Source: Candidatus Omnitrophota bacterium
Lineage (GTDB): Bacteria; Omnitrophota; Gorgyraeia; 2-01-FULL-45-10
Direction of reading: 5' to 3'
Assembly (NCBI GenBank): GCA_030695905.1
Contig: JAUYOL010000007.1
Location: 6,604 to 70,603 of the forward strand
DNA: 64,000 nt
This document shows, one piece after another, positions 30,802 to 41,400 of this stretch (its first letter is position 1; every line of letters starts with the position of its first letter). The position numbers and the translations under genes are program-made. Under the pieces are notes generated by a model. It did no database searches and was not told the origin of the DNA. It saw only the letters and a program-made list of their open reading frames with translations.

Positions 30802-32492
30802 AAAAGATCGATATAAGCCGGATATTATCGGTATCATTTTTTACCGCGATCACGCTGCTTGCGAACATTTCTTACGCCGCGGATGTTTCTAAAGAAGCGG
30901 CTATTTATTTTAACAGCGGCAATACCTATGAGAGCGAGGGAGCTTATGACCAGGCGTTGGCAGATTACAACAGGGCCATTGAAATAAAACCGCGTTATGC
31001 CGACGCGTTAATTAATAGGGGAAATATCTATTATAAGAAAGGCGAATATGAAAAAGCCGTATCGGATTATACAAAAGCGCTGGATATAAACGCCGTATTC
31101 AACGAAGCCCTGGCCAACAGGGCGCTTACTTATTCGAAGCTGGGCCAGCATGACCAGGCGCTCTTCGATTACAACAAGGCTATTGACGCCAACGATGATG
31201 ACTCGTTTTTATATGTGGACCGCGGCAAGGTTTATAATGAAAAAGGCATGTTCAAAGAGGCGTTGGCAGATTTTAATAAAGCCGTCAAGCTTAACCCGCG
31301 GTGCGCGGATGCCTACCTTAACAGGGGGCTTGCCGGCGCAAAGATAGGAAAATTTACCGACGCTATAACAGATTATGAAAAGGCGCTGGAGCTTGAACCG
31401 AAGAACACAGAAGCTTATTTAAGGCGGGGGATAGCTTATGCCAATATAGATGAATTTGAAAAATCGATGTCCGACATAAACAAGGCGCTGGAGCTGGATG
31501 GCCAATACGCGGAAGCCTATCTCAACAGGGGCAACCTTTATTTTAATCAGGGACAAAATGACGCCGCGATCCTCGATTATAATAAGGCGATAGAACTGGA
31601 TGGCCAATACGCCGAAAGTTATTTTAACCGCGGCGTTGTATACGCAAGGATGAGAGACTACAAACAGGCAATATATGATTACAGCAAGGCTATAGATTTA
31701 CGGCCGGATTGCGGCGAGATATTCTTTAACCGCGCGAATGTGTATTTTAATCAGGAAGATTTTGATAATGCGATATCGGACTACACGAAGAGCATAGCCA
31801 CCGCAAAGAATGATATGGATTCTTATATAAATCGCGGTATTGCTTATGCCAAAAAAGGCATGACTGAAGAAGCGATGATAGATTTTAAAAAAGCCCTGGA
31901 AATAAATCCGAAGTCCGCGGCGGCGTACTTTAATATGGCGCTTATTTCGGACGGGAAGATACAGTACGAGGAATCTCTGAAGTACTATGGTAAGGCCATA
32001 GAGATAAATCCTAAATATGTGGAGGCCTACTTGAATAGAGGTATAGTCTACTCTAATAGAACACAGCATGAGAAGGCTATCGAGGATTTTAACAAATCTA
32101 TATCTATAGACCCCAAGAACGCCGAAGGTTACTTTAACCGCGGATTGGTTTATGACAATAGGGGCGACCATGACAGGGCGCTATCCGATTATAATAAATT
32201 TATAGAGCTTAATCCGGAACATATGTCAGGATACATAAACCGCGGCATAATATATGTCAAAAAGGGAATGTATGATCAGGCGATACAGGATTTTGACAGG
32301 GTGATAATATACAATCCGGAGTCCGCGAACGCGCACTTTAATAAGGCTCTTGTGTGTGAAAAGATAGGGCGCACAAAAGATGCGGTTGACTCGTATAAAA
32401 ATTTCATAAAATATGCGACGCCAAAATTAAGTGGCTATATAGACGGCGCGAAGGACAGGGTAGAGGAGTTGGAGAAGTTGAAACAGTACTAA
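30798..32492 (+). CDS. secreted tetratricopeptide-repeat protein (~14 TPR units)
   Basis: recurrent A.AY.NRG..Y...G.Y..A..DY.KA TPR consensus; signal peptide. Confidence 0.85.
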   Translation: MKKIDISRILSVSFFTAITLLANISYAADVSKEAAIYFNSGNTYESEGAYDQALADYNRAIEIKPRYADALINRGNIYYKKGEYEKAVSDYTKALDINAVFNEALANRALTYSKLGQHDQALFDYNKAIDANDDDSFLYVDRGKVYNEKGMFKEALADFNKAVKLNPRCADAYLNRGLAGAKIGKFTDAITDYEKALELEPKNTEAYLRRGIAYANIDEFEKSMSDINKALELDGQYAEAYLNRGNLYFNQGQNDAAILDYNKAIELDGQYAESYFNRGVVYARMRDYKQAIYDYSKAIDLRPDCGEIFFNRANVYFNQEDFDNAISDYTKSIATAKNDMDSYINRGIAYAKKGMTEEAMIDFKKALEINPKSAAAYFNMALISDGKIQYEESLKYYGKAIEINPKYVEAYLNRGIVYSNRTQHEKAIEDFNKSISIDPKNAEGYFNRGLVYDNRGDHDRALSDYNKFIELNPEHMSGYINRGIIYVKKGMYDQAIQDFDRVIIYNPESANAHFNKALVCEKIGRTKDAVDSYKNFIKYATPKLSGYIDGAKDRVEELEKLKQY

Positions 32493-32544
32493 CTGTGTGG
32501 TTATAGGATTGCCTTATTTGTGTTGATAAAAAGTCAAATAATTA

Positions 32545-32573
32545 TTGACTAATATGAAAATATGTGATATAGT
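32545..32573 (+). promoter_or_regulatory. sigma-70-type promoter (TTGACT-N17-TATAGT)
   Basis: -35 at 32545-32550, -10 at 32568-32573; 23 nt upstream of the giant gene. Confidence 0.5.
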
Positions 32574-32596
32574 CCATTATCAGAAAGAGGGAGGGG

Positions 32597-35500
32597 TTGT
32601 CTATGGGGAGAATTACCTTTTTTCTCATCGCATTTGTTTTAGCAGCATTTTCTGCTTTCTACGCAGGAGAGGCTTTCGCCGCGAACTTGAGACCTTCTAT
32701 CGGAACAATTACTCCTTCATCCGGCACCTCACCTCATGGAATAGCGGTAAATTTTACCGCCACTTATTCAGATCCCGACGGCTGGCAAAATATGCGGGAA
32801 GTCCGGCTGCTCATTAATGCTTCAGTAAACGGCGCAGATTGTTTTTATGCTTATTACGATGTCGCTACTAATAAATTATATCTGAAGAACAACGCAAATA
32901 CCGCATGGCTGGGTGGATACGATCCCCAATCTTCAAATACAATAGAGAATTCGTACGCGAAACTTAACTGTGCATCCACAACGGTATCCGGAAGCGGTAA
33001 TGCTTTAACAGTAAATTGGTCCGTAACATTTAAGCCTGCTTTCAAAGGCGTGAAGAATAGCTATCTTTATGTAAAGGATATTGCTGGTGCTTATAACGGC
33101 TGGGTCAAGAAAGGGACCTGGACGATTGCCAACAAAGCTCCTTCTGTAGGAGCTGTTACCCCTTCTTCTGGAACATCATATTCCGACCAGGCCATTAACT
33201 TTACCGCTACTTATTCCGATCCCGACGGATGGCAAAATATACAGCTTGTTCGTTTCCTCATCAATACTTCCACAAGCGGAACAAGATGCCTTTATGTGTA
33301 TTACGATCTCGCGAGCAATAAGCTCTACATCAGAAACGATGGAAATACCGCATGGCTGGGTGGATATGCTCCTCAATCTTCAAACATAATAGAAAGCTCC
33401 TATGTGAAACTTAACTGTGCTTCCACAACGGTATCCGGAAGCGATAATATCTTAACAATAAATTGGTCCGTAACATTTAAGCCTACTTTCAAAGGCGTGA
33501 AGAATGTCTATCTTTATGTAAAGGATATTGCTGGTGCTTATAACGGCTGGGTCAAGAAAGGCACGACGATAATCGCTGCGCTGCCATTGCCGCGAATAGC
33601 GACAACCGGCTTAGGTGATGCTATAGCTGGGGAGGATTATTTAGCTAGTTTGAATGCTACGGATGGAACGCCGCCATATGCATGGTCCATAGAAAGCGGC
33701 AACCTACCGAATGGTTTAAGTCTTAGCAGCGCAGGGACTATATCGGGAACTCCCGTACAGGCAGCATCCTTTAACTTTGTTATCAAAGTCACGGATTTAA
33801 ACCAGGCGACAGACACTCAAGCCCTATCTATAAATGTCCTGCCTACATTTCCGCTTATAACGGATGAAGAGCTTCTGGACCAGACAGAGGCAAAAGCCGC
33901 AATGTATTTTTATAACGAGATTTTATCTAACGGATTTGTAAAAGATACCGATTATAAGGACTTTTCGAGTATCGCGGCCACCGGTTTTGGGCTTGCATCT
34001 CTATGCGTTATGGCAGAGCGGTACCAGACTTCACCCAACTGGGTCATAACTCCGGAGCAGGCGAGAGCGCGTGTAAACCAAATATTGGACAATTGTGTAC
34101 GTTATCAGTCATATCAAGCTTTATCAGGGAATGGTTATGGTGTAGCAGGATTTCTATACCATTTCATAAAAGCGGATGGTACCCGCCAGGGCACATGTGA
34201 AGTCTCCACTATTGACATGGCGCTTTTTTTATCAGGCGCTATCGCTGCGGGTGAATATTTTGGCGGCGAAGTAAAGACAAAAGCCGATCAGATCTATAAT
34301 AGTATGAATTGGGCGTATTTTTTAAACACAGCTAAGCGCCAATTTTCGCATGGATGGTTTCCGGATAGCGGTATAATGCCTGCTACCTGGGACAGGCCCA
34401 CAGATGAGGCCATACTTGTTTCGCTCTTAGCTATAAGTGCCAATCTTAACAATTCAGATATGCTCATGACTATGTATAGTTGGCCAAGGGCGGTTGGGGA
34501 GTATGGTGGATATAGCGTTGTGAATTCTTATTTCGGCTCTTTGTTTACATATGTATTTGCCCATTGCTTCTTCGATTTTGAAAAGTTAGGCACGGATAAC
34601 CCCTCTTATGCCGGCTCAACAAATGTACCTGTTAACTGGTGGATGAATTCCGTTAATGCTGCCTATGCCAATAGGCAGTTCTGCATAGACAATGCTATCA
34701 ACTACGATTCCTATGACGAAAATAGCTGGGGCATCACAATCTGTGAATATCCATCCGGTCAATACAGTGATTTTTTGGGTGCCGCCCCATGTGAAAGCAA
34801 CTCCGCTACTCCTTATCATAACGGCACTATAGCACCATACGGCGCTATAAGCTCCATGCCGCTTATGAGAATATCTCCTGATGAAACTCCTGATATGAAT
34901 TCGGCGTTCAAGACGTTAAGGTATTATTACCAGACTTACTATCACCATCTTTGGGGTGAATACGGCCCGAAAGACTCTTTCAACCACAATAGGGAATTTA
35001 GTAACGCGTATTTAGGTATAGACGTAGGGCCGGAAGTCCTGATGATCGAAAATTACCGTTCAGGTCTTATATGGAATAATTTTATGAAGAATGGGAAGAT
35101 CCAAGCGGCAACGGCCAAGGTTTTTACCGGGAACTTGCTCGATCCTACAACTATGTATGTTGATGCATCTAACCTTAGTGATCCAGAGCAGGACGGATCA
35201 GTTATTCATCCATTCAATACAATTCAGAAGGCGATTGACAATAACAATCGAGGTTGCGTTATTGAAATAGCACCTGGAAGATATGTCGAGGGTGTTAAAA
35301 TTATTTCAAAATCTAATATAACCTTAAAAGGTGTTATCGGAGATCGCGACGATCAATTTAATACCACTGTAAATAGCGTTGTCGAATACGAATCAAATCA
35401 TGTGATAGATATAGAAGGCTCTATTAATATAGCGATTGATAGCCTTGTGATTAAACCAACTCATAATTCCTACGACCATACATTTGGAGGGGGAGGGGTA

Positions 35501-36364
35501 TACAATTTTGACTCAGATTACACGACAATTATGAATAGCATTATAACTGGCACGAGAGCTGAAAGCGGATATGGGATATCTTGTTACAGGAGCGTAAAAA
35601 TGTTGATAACTAACAACCTGATCACCAATAACAGCAATAATTATGGCGGAGGTATATATATTTACAATGATTTTACAAACAATGACATCAATGCAAATGA
35701 GCGTGCCGCAGAGATAACCAACAATGATATAATCAATAATGTTGCATGGGGCACAGGGGCCGGTATTTCTGTGACTGGCTATGAAGTAAGCGGTTATGCA
35801 AGAACCAAGATTTTAATCCGTAATAATCGCGTTTACAACAATAGTTCTGATCGCTATGCAGGCGTATATCTGAAATATTCGGAAGGAGAGGTGCAGAATA
35901 ACACAATAGTAGGCAATTGTGCTGATTGGCTATCAGGAGGCGGCGTGTCCTGTCTCTCGTCCATCATCTTGGTCTCTAACAATATAATACACAGGAATAC
36001 CGAATCCCTGCAAGGCGGGGCCGGTATATACATTTATGGCGGTGCAGTTACTGCCGCTAACAATGTGGTAACAGAAAACAATGGAATTGGAATAGGTTGC
36101 GCAGGTAACTTTACCGCGGTGTTAATGTACAACAACCTGTATGGTAATAGCAATGACTATTCTGGCTCTGTTCCTGGAACAGGGTCTATTTCAGCATCAT
36201 CTCTATTTGTTGCTTCAGATACAGACGGAGATCCATCTAATGATGATTACCATTTACAACCAGGCTCGCCGTGTATCAACGCAGGCGACCCTGCTATTGC
36301 ATACAACGACAAAGACGGCACTCGAAATGACATGGGTGTTTACGGTGGGCCTAATAGTATGTGA
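32597..36364 (+). CDS. secreted 1255-aa modular protein: two tandem ~149-aa DPDGWQN-type domains, putative Ig (He_PIG) domain, (alpha/alpha)6 glycosidase-like domain (DUF3131/putative glucoamylase-like), C-terminal right-handed parallel beta-helix repeats
   Basis: signal peptide; internal tandem duplication; NN-x-I/V-x-N PbH1 repeats; DYHLQPGSPCINAGDP end typical of beta-helix proteins. Confidence 0.85.
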   Translation: MSMGRITFFLIAFVLAAFSAFYAGEAFAANLRPSIGTITPSSGTSPHGIAVNFTATYSDPDGWQNMREVRLLINASVNGADCFYAYYDVATNKLYLKNNANTAWLGGYDPQSSNTIENSYAKLNCASTTVSGSGNALTVNWSVTFKPAFKGVKNSYLYVKDIAGAYNGWVKKGTWTIANKAPSVGAVTPSSGTSYSDQAINFTATYSDPDGWQNIQLVRFLINTSTSGTRCLYVYYDLASNKLYIRNDGNTAWLGGYAPQSSNIIESSYVKLNCASTTVSGSDNILTINWSVTFKPTFKGVKNVYLYVKDIAGAYNGWVKKGTTIIAALPLPRIATTGLGDAIAGEDYLASLNATDGTPPYAWSIESGNLPNGLSLSSAGTISGTPVQAASFNFVIKVTDLNQATDTQALSINVLPTFPLITDEELLDQTEAKAAMYFYNEILSNGFVKDTDYKDFSSIAATGFGLASLCVMAERYQTSPNWVITPEQARARVNQILDNCVRYQSYQALSGNGYGVAGFLYHFIKADGTRQGTCEVSTIDMALFLSGAIAAGEYFGGEVKTKADQIYNSMNWAYFLNTAKRQFSHGWFPDSGIMPATWDRPTDEAILVSLLAISANLNNSDMLMTMYSWPRAVGEYGGYSVVNSYFGSLFTYVFAHCFFDFEKLGTDNPSYAGSTNVPVNWWMNSVNAAYANRQFCIDNAINYDSYDENSWGITICEYPSGQYSDFLGAAPCESNSATPYHNGTIAPYGAISSMPLMRISPDETPDMNSAFKTLRYYYQTYYHHLWGEYGPKDSFNHNREFSNAYLGIDVGPEVLMIENYRSGLIWNNFMKNGKIQAATAKVFTGNLLDPTTMYVDASNLSDPEQDGSVIHPFNTIQKAIDNNNRGCVIEIAPGRYVEGVKIISKSNITLKGVIGDRDDQFNTTVNSVVEYESNHVIDIEGSINIAIDSLVIKPTHNSYDHTFGGGGVYNFDSDYTTIMNSIITGTRAESGYGISCYRSVKMLITNNLITNNSNNYGGGIYIYNDFTNNDINANERAAEITNNDIINNVAWGTGAGISVTGYEVSGYARTKILIRNNRVYNNSSDRYAGVYLKYSEGEVQNNTIVGNCADWLSGGGVSCLSSIILVSNNIIHRNTESLQGGAGIYIYGGAVTAANNVVTENNGIGIGCAGNFTAVLMYNNLYGNSNDYSGSVPGTGSISASSLFVASDTDGDPSNDDYHLQPGSPCINAGDPAIAYNDKDGTRNDMGVYGGPNSM
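32693..33586 (+). repeat. intragenic tandem duplication (2 x 447 bp), ~85-95% identical
   Basis: 32693-33139 versus 33140-33586; near-identity over ~160 bp (e.g. aaacttaactgtgc.tccacaacggtatccggaagcg...tataacggctgggtcaagaaagg). Confidence 0.9.
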
Positions 36365-36381
36365 TAGTCTAACCCTGTAGT

Positions 36382-36410
36382 TTCTAACCTGGTTAGAAGT
36401 GTCAAGTTAG
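36382..36410 (+). repeat. REP-like palindromic element (TTCTAACCTGGTTAGAagTGtCAaGTTAG)
   Basis: third copy of the motif that flanks the RAYT gene at 59.7-60.3 kb. Confidence 0.75.
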
Positions 36411-36677
36411 TAATCTCCGACGGGACAAGAGACAGCATCAGCGCTGATTAAATTCGGACAATTTTAGGGCCATTGTGCTTGTTTTCTCGTGCTGTTAAAT
36501 AACAAAAAAGTTTGTTTTAATTCGTTGAATATAGTATGTCATATGGTATTATTTAAGTAGGTAAAGAAAGTTTAAAATTTTCAAAAAACGGTTTAAGTAA
36601 ATTTATCTTCAGGAAGGGAGGTGAAAAAAATGAAGACAGAAACACTAAAAAGTAAATTCAAAAAGGAGGATATTACA

Positions 36678-37484
36678 ATGAGGAAATTGACTTTAATTTC
36701 AGTGGCTCTTGTTGTAGTGGTGTGCTTTGCCATCACTGCTCAAGCTGCTACAACAGACAAGACTGTGTCTGTAACCGCGAGTGCCAGTATCACTGGTGCT
36801 ACGTCACTGACTAAGGATGCGTCAGCGTTTACGTATGGGACGACTAATGCGGACGCGTTTCCTACAGTTCCGGCCAGTAAGAGAGTTGTGCTCACCTATT
36901 CAAGTAACTATAACCCGTGGAAGATAGACATCTACACCAACAACACGCAGATACCTACCAAGGCTTCTAACCCAACAAATGGTTCTTATGCAAAGGGCGG
37001 TTTGGTAGCCGGTTCTGTTGCGCCGTATAATACGGTTCCGCTAAAGTGGGTTGCGAAGGATCCCGTTTCTGCGGCTCCAGTAGCGTCGGCGATCAATTTT
37101 CAAACCTCATACAACTTTGTTAAGGATATAAGGGATGAAGATGATCCTGCAACGAACGTGGATAATCCGCTCACTCCTGCTATCGATGAAATTTCTAACG
37201 AGTCATGGGACACACCGATAGTGGTAGGGGGTAACACCTACAATGGAGCTTTCACAAATGGATACCCTAACGTGGCGTTTGGTCCTGTAGTAGGTGGCGG
37301 TGGTGTGTGTGTAGATCCGACAAATACAGCTTCAGGCCCGAATCAGTATAGGGGCGATCCTATAAATGGCACTATCGCGGTATATGTCGCCGGTCTGTTT
37401 ACAACAGGCGGGGTGACTCCTGCGGCACCGGCGTCGGCCGGATCTTACAGCGGCACGATCTACTTCGACCTGTATCACCCATAG
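36678..37484 (+). CDS. secreted 269-aa protein (putative fibre/surface subunit); C-terminal half homologous to the C-terminus of the 2216-aa protein
   Basis: AAGGAGG RBS 8 nt before ATG 36678 (alternative GTG/ATG starts at 36621/36630); signal peptide MRKLTLISVALVVVVCFAITAQA; mature N-terminus ATTDKTVSVTASASITGA. Confidence 0.7.
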   Translation: MRKLTLISVALVVVVCFAITAQAATTDKTVSVTASASITGATSLTKDASAFTYGTTNADAFPTVPASKRVVLTYSSNYNPWKIDIYTNNTQIPTKASNPTNGSYAKGGLVAGSVAPYNTVPLKWVAKDPVSAAPVASAINFQTSYNFVKDIRDEDDPATNVDNPLTPAIDEISNESWDTPIVVGGNTYNGAFTNGYPNVAFGPVVGGGGVCVDPTNTASGPNQYRGDPINGTIAVYVAGLFTTGGVTPAAPASAGSYSGTIYFDLYHP

Positions 37485-37585
37485 TAGCCGTATTTTTTGT
37501 TTGCAGTACGATTGTTAACGAGCGAGCCCTGTTAGAACCTTTGGTTCTGACGGGGCAGAACAAAAGTAGATAAGAGAGGATAATA

Positions 37586-38410
37586 GTGCCTGGGATGCGT
37601 ATTACAAGAATATTGGCCATTATGCTGCTTACAATGTCATGTCTGTTCTTAAGCCACAGTTCGTGCTATGCGGCTCTTGTAGTTGATCCGGAAAGCATCG
37701 AGCTTGTGGCTAGTCCCGACACCGCTACGAACGGCGTTTATAATGTTATAAACGAAGGTGGCGAGTCAGTGCACGTGTTGGTACAGCCTGAAGAATGGCC
37801 CAGATCAGCAACGCCAAAGAACGATATATCTGTTGATAAATGGCTGACTGTAACTCCGATGGAATTTGATATAGTCCCGCAGGAACGGAAAAAGGTGCAG
37901 TTCGCGATAAATCCCCCCACTAACCACGGGGGAGAATTATCGGCGATGATATTTTTCGCCACGACCTCTCCCAAAGGCATGATGAACATAACCACCAGGA
38001 ATGGCGTCTCTCTTTACGCGGCCTTCGCCGATACAATGCGCCTGGAATGTTCGATATCAGATGTTCGCATAGATAGGTTTGAGCAGAAGACAAATAGCGG
38101 CATAGTTGACAGGGGTATCGTTTTCACCATAAATGTTGAGAACAATAGCAATGTTCATATCAGGCCTACCGGCTCTATCGTGATAACGGGAGAAGACGGC
38201 AGTAAGCATGATCTGAATATCGAAAGAGGATTTCCGGCTTATGCCGGTGGAAAAGAAAGCTATCAGGTTTTGTGGGATAAAAAGGACATAACGCAGGGAA
38301 AATACGAAGCTATGATAACGCTTGATTATGGAAAGTTATATAAGCTGGACAAAAAAATAGAAAAGAAGATGAGTTTCATCGTTAAAAAAGATGGAACGGT
38401 CTCTTTTTAA
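37586..38410 (+). CDS. periplasmic two-domain beta-sandwich-like protein (possible assembly-chaperone analogue)
   Basis: signal peptide; beta-rich; ALVVDPESIELVASP...VHVLVQPEEW start reminiscent of PapD-like chaperones; no confident family assignment. Confidence 0.55.
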   Translation: MPGMRITRILAIMLLTMSCLFLSHSSCYAALVVDPESIELVASPDTATNGVYNVINEGGESVHVLVQPEEWPRSATPKNDISVDKWLTVTPMEFDIVPQERKKVQFAINPPTNHGGELSAMIFFATTSPKGMMNITTRNGVSLYAAFADTMRLECSISDVRIDRFEQKTNSGIVDRGIVFTINVENNSNVHIRPTGSIVITGEDGSKHDLNIERGFPAYAGGKESYQVLWDKKDITQGKYEAMITLDYGKLYKLDKKIEKKMSFIVKKDGTVSF

Positions 38411-38446
38411 ATGTGTGCTACACAGTAGGCTTAAGGGGATGATTAA

Positions 38447-41400
38447 TTGCGTAACCTGAGGATCGCACTTCTGGTAATAGGAACCATAGCCAGCCTTATC
38501 TCATTCAAAGATAAGGGGGTGGTGAACCTTGCGCATGACGCTAAGCCGATAGTTGCCGAAGCATATCACTCGCTTCAAAGTATGTTGCCGCCGCCGGTGG
38601 CCGCAGGTCTTTCAGCCTTATCGCGGCAAGTTATGAAAAGTCAAATCCCATCTTCAAGCAGCATTCCATCTCCGGTAGAGCTTATTGCAAATGATACCCT
38701 TGCGGATGATAATATCCAAGATATTGTAGCAGGTGCACCTGCTGACATTAAGTTGCAAAATACTGCCACCCCCGTGACCGATAACCAACAGCCCGCACCT
38801 GCCCCTGTTGAAACTATAGTTTATGGTATGACAGGTACTGTTCTGCCTGAAGATTCTACCGGCAATACTAATACCAACGCAATAACAGACAACAATAATA
38901 GTATAGAGACCTTGACGGCGCAATCCAGCCCGAGCCCGAGTAATATATTTATAGCAAGCATAACTCCTAATAGTGGCATTGCCGGAACAAGCGTTATAAT
39001 TCAAGGAGCGGGTTTCGACAGTAATTTATCAAACAATGTGGTTAAGTTTGGAAACGTTAGTTCCTCCTCCGCAACTTATGTATCTAAAAATCAGCTTCGA
39101 GCAACAATTCCACAGGGTCTTTCCGCAGGCTTTACAAATTTATCGGTAAGCGTAAACGGCACACCAAGCAATTTATTTCTTTTCGACATACTTAAAAATA
39201 CGAGTGGTAATATATTTGCAGATGACACCCAAAACATATTACCGGCAGGCCTTGCTATAACGGATTTACCCGTTGTAAGGACAGCCGATGTAGACAATGA
39301 TAACGATCTGGATTTATTTATGATTGATACCTTCTTGAGTTCGGTTTATGTTTTAATAAATGACGGTAACGGCAACTTTACTAATGAAACATCTTCCACG
39401 TTGCCCGCGATAGCCGACCCGTCATCTATTACCGATGCGGTCTTCGGGGACACGAATCAAGACGGCCATCAGGATATAGTATTGGCTTATTCAAGCGGCC
39501 AGTCTGTCAGAATCCTTTTAAATAGCGGCTTAGGGAGTTTTAGCGATGTTACTGCATTAAATCTACCAGCAGTTTCCGGGAATGCGGTTAGTCTGGATTT
39601 AGGCGATGCAAATGGTGATGGCGCGCCCGATATAATAATTGCCAACAAAAATACCAGAGATATCCTGCTTATAAACAATTCAGGCGGCGTGTTCTCAAAA
39701 GATGCCGGTTTTAATCTGCCGGGCGTAATAGATGGTAGTTCCGATATCCGATTTTGTGATTTAAATAGCGATGGCGCAGTTGATATTATTACGGCTAACA
39801 ATGAGGTGGTAGACACAAGTAGCCTGAGAAATCGTGTGTATGTAAATAATGGACTGGGTCAATTTACTGATAATACAGAGATAATGCTGCCTGGAGATAA
39901 CGAATATAGCGAAGTTCTTGATTACGGAGATGTCGATGGTGATGGTGATATCGATGTAGTAGTGGCAAACCATGACCAGAACTCAATACTTATAAATGAC
40001 GGCGCGGGCATATTTACGGATGAAACATCTGCGCGCATACCAACTAACTATTTTGTATCCAAAGATACGAAGTTAGGAGATGTTAACGGAGATGGATATC
40101 TTGACATAGTGATGCTGGGCGAAGATAAGATGTCGCTATTGATTAATGACGGACAAGGCTCATTTACGGAAGGCTCCATAAAGCTTCCGGATTATAAAAG
40201 CATACCCGCTCTCTTGGGGGGTAAGGATGTGCAGGTCGCCGATATAAACGGCGACGGCGCCCTGGATATAATAGTCGCCGGCAACTCATTGCGTTTTCTC
40301 ATAAATAGCGCTTCTAACAAAGCGCCTGTCCTGGACAGCATAGGAGACAGAAAGATCGAGTTTGGCAAAAAACTGGAGTTTAATGTAACAGGTTCAGACC
40401 CCAACGACGACGCGCTGATATTTTTAGCCGAAAATCTGCCGGACGGAGCCGCTTTCCTATCGAAAATGTTCAGGTGGGTTCCAGCCGCAAATGATATAGG
40501 CCAGCATAAAAATGTGCGTTTTATAGCAAGAGAAGATACGCCGGCGGCTTTGGAGGCCTTTGAGGATATAACCATTACCGTAGTGGGCTTGCCTCCCATA
40601 ATAGATAGCTATATACCGAAAGAGCTTGACCTGAATTTGGGTATCGGCGAAATAGTACAGTTCGGTATAATTGCGTACGATCCGACCGGCGGCGCGCTTA
40701 CATTCAAGTGGTTCTTGAACAGCGTTCAAGTAAAGTCGGTAAGCGGCTTTAAGTCTTCGCTTATATTCATAGTCCCGAGGATAGGGGAAAATATAATTGA
40801 GGCGAGGGTGGAAAACGGCACCGGCAACGATTCTGTTTATTGGGATGTAAGCGTCGGTGTTACGCAAAATAGGCCTCCTCAAATAATAGGTTATGAACCG
40901 CAGGAATCCGCCATAAACATAGATCCTAACGCCGGAGGAGCTTTTAATTTCGCGGTCACAGCGAGCGATCCCGATGTGGGCGATTCCATTTCATATACAT
41001 GGAAATTCGATGACAATGTTCTGTCCAGCGGAGCTGCTTTAAGTTCAAGCGCATTTGCCGGGTCAGCCAGTGTGGGAAATCATGCGCTGCAGGTTTCAGT
41101 AAGCGATGGGCATAATGCCGCGGTTACGCGTAGCTGGACGATCAATATTACCGTTATCCCGGCATACACCTTGACCATCAATGCGGTCAATGGCTCGGTA
41201 AGCATGAATCCCAACAAGACGACTTATTCCGCCGGTGAAGAGGTTGCGATTACCGCTACGCCGGATACCGGATATACCTTTAACAGCTGGTCAGGCGATG
41301 TATCAGGCACGACGAACCCCGCTATTATCACCATGAACGCCAATAAGACGGTCACCGCGAACTTTACCGTGATACCGCCAGTCGCAATCACAGCCTCGGC

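Noticed and set aside
32545-32817. 90-aa ORF overlapping the promoter and start of the 1255-aa gene
   Set aside because: Out-of-frame overlap with a much better supported long ORF; its start sits inside the predicted promoter.
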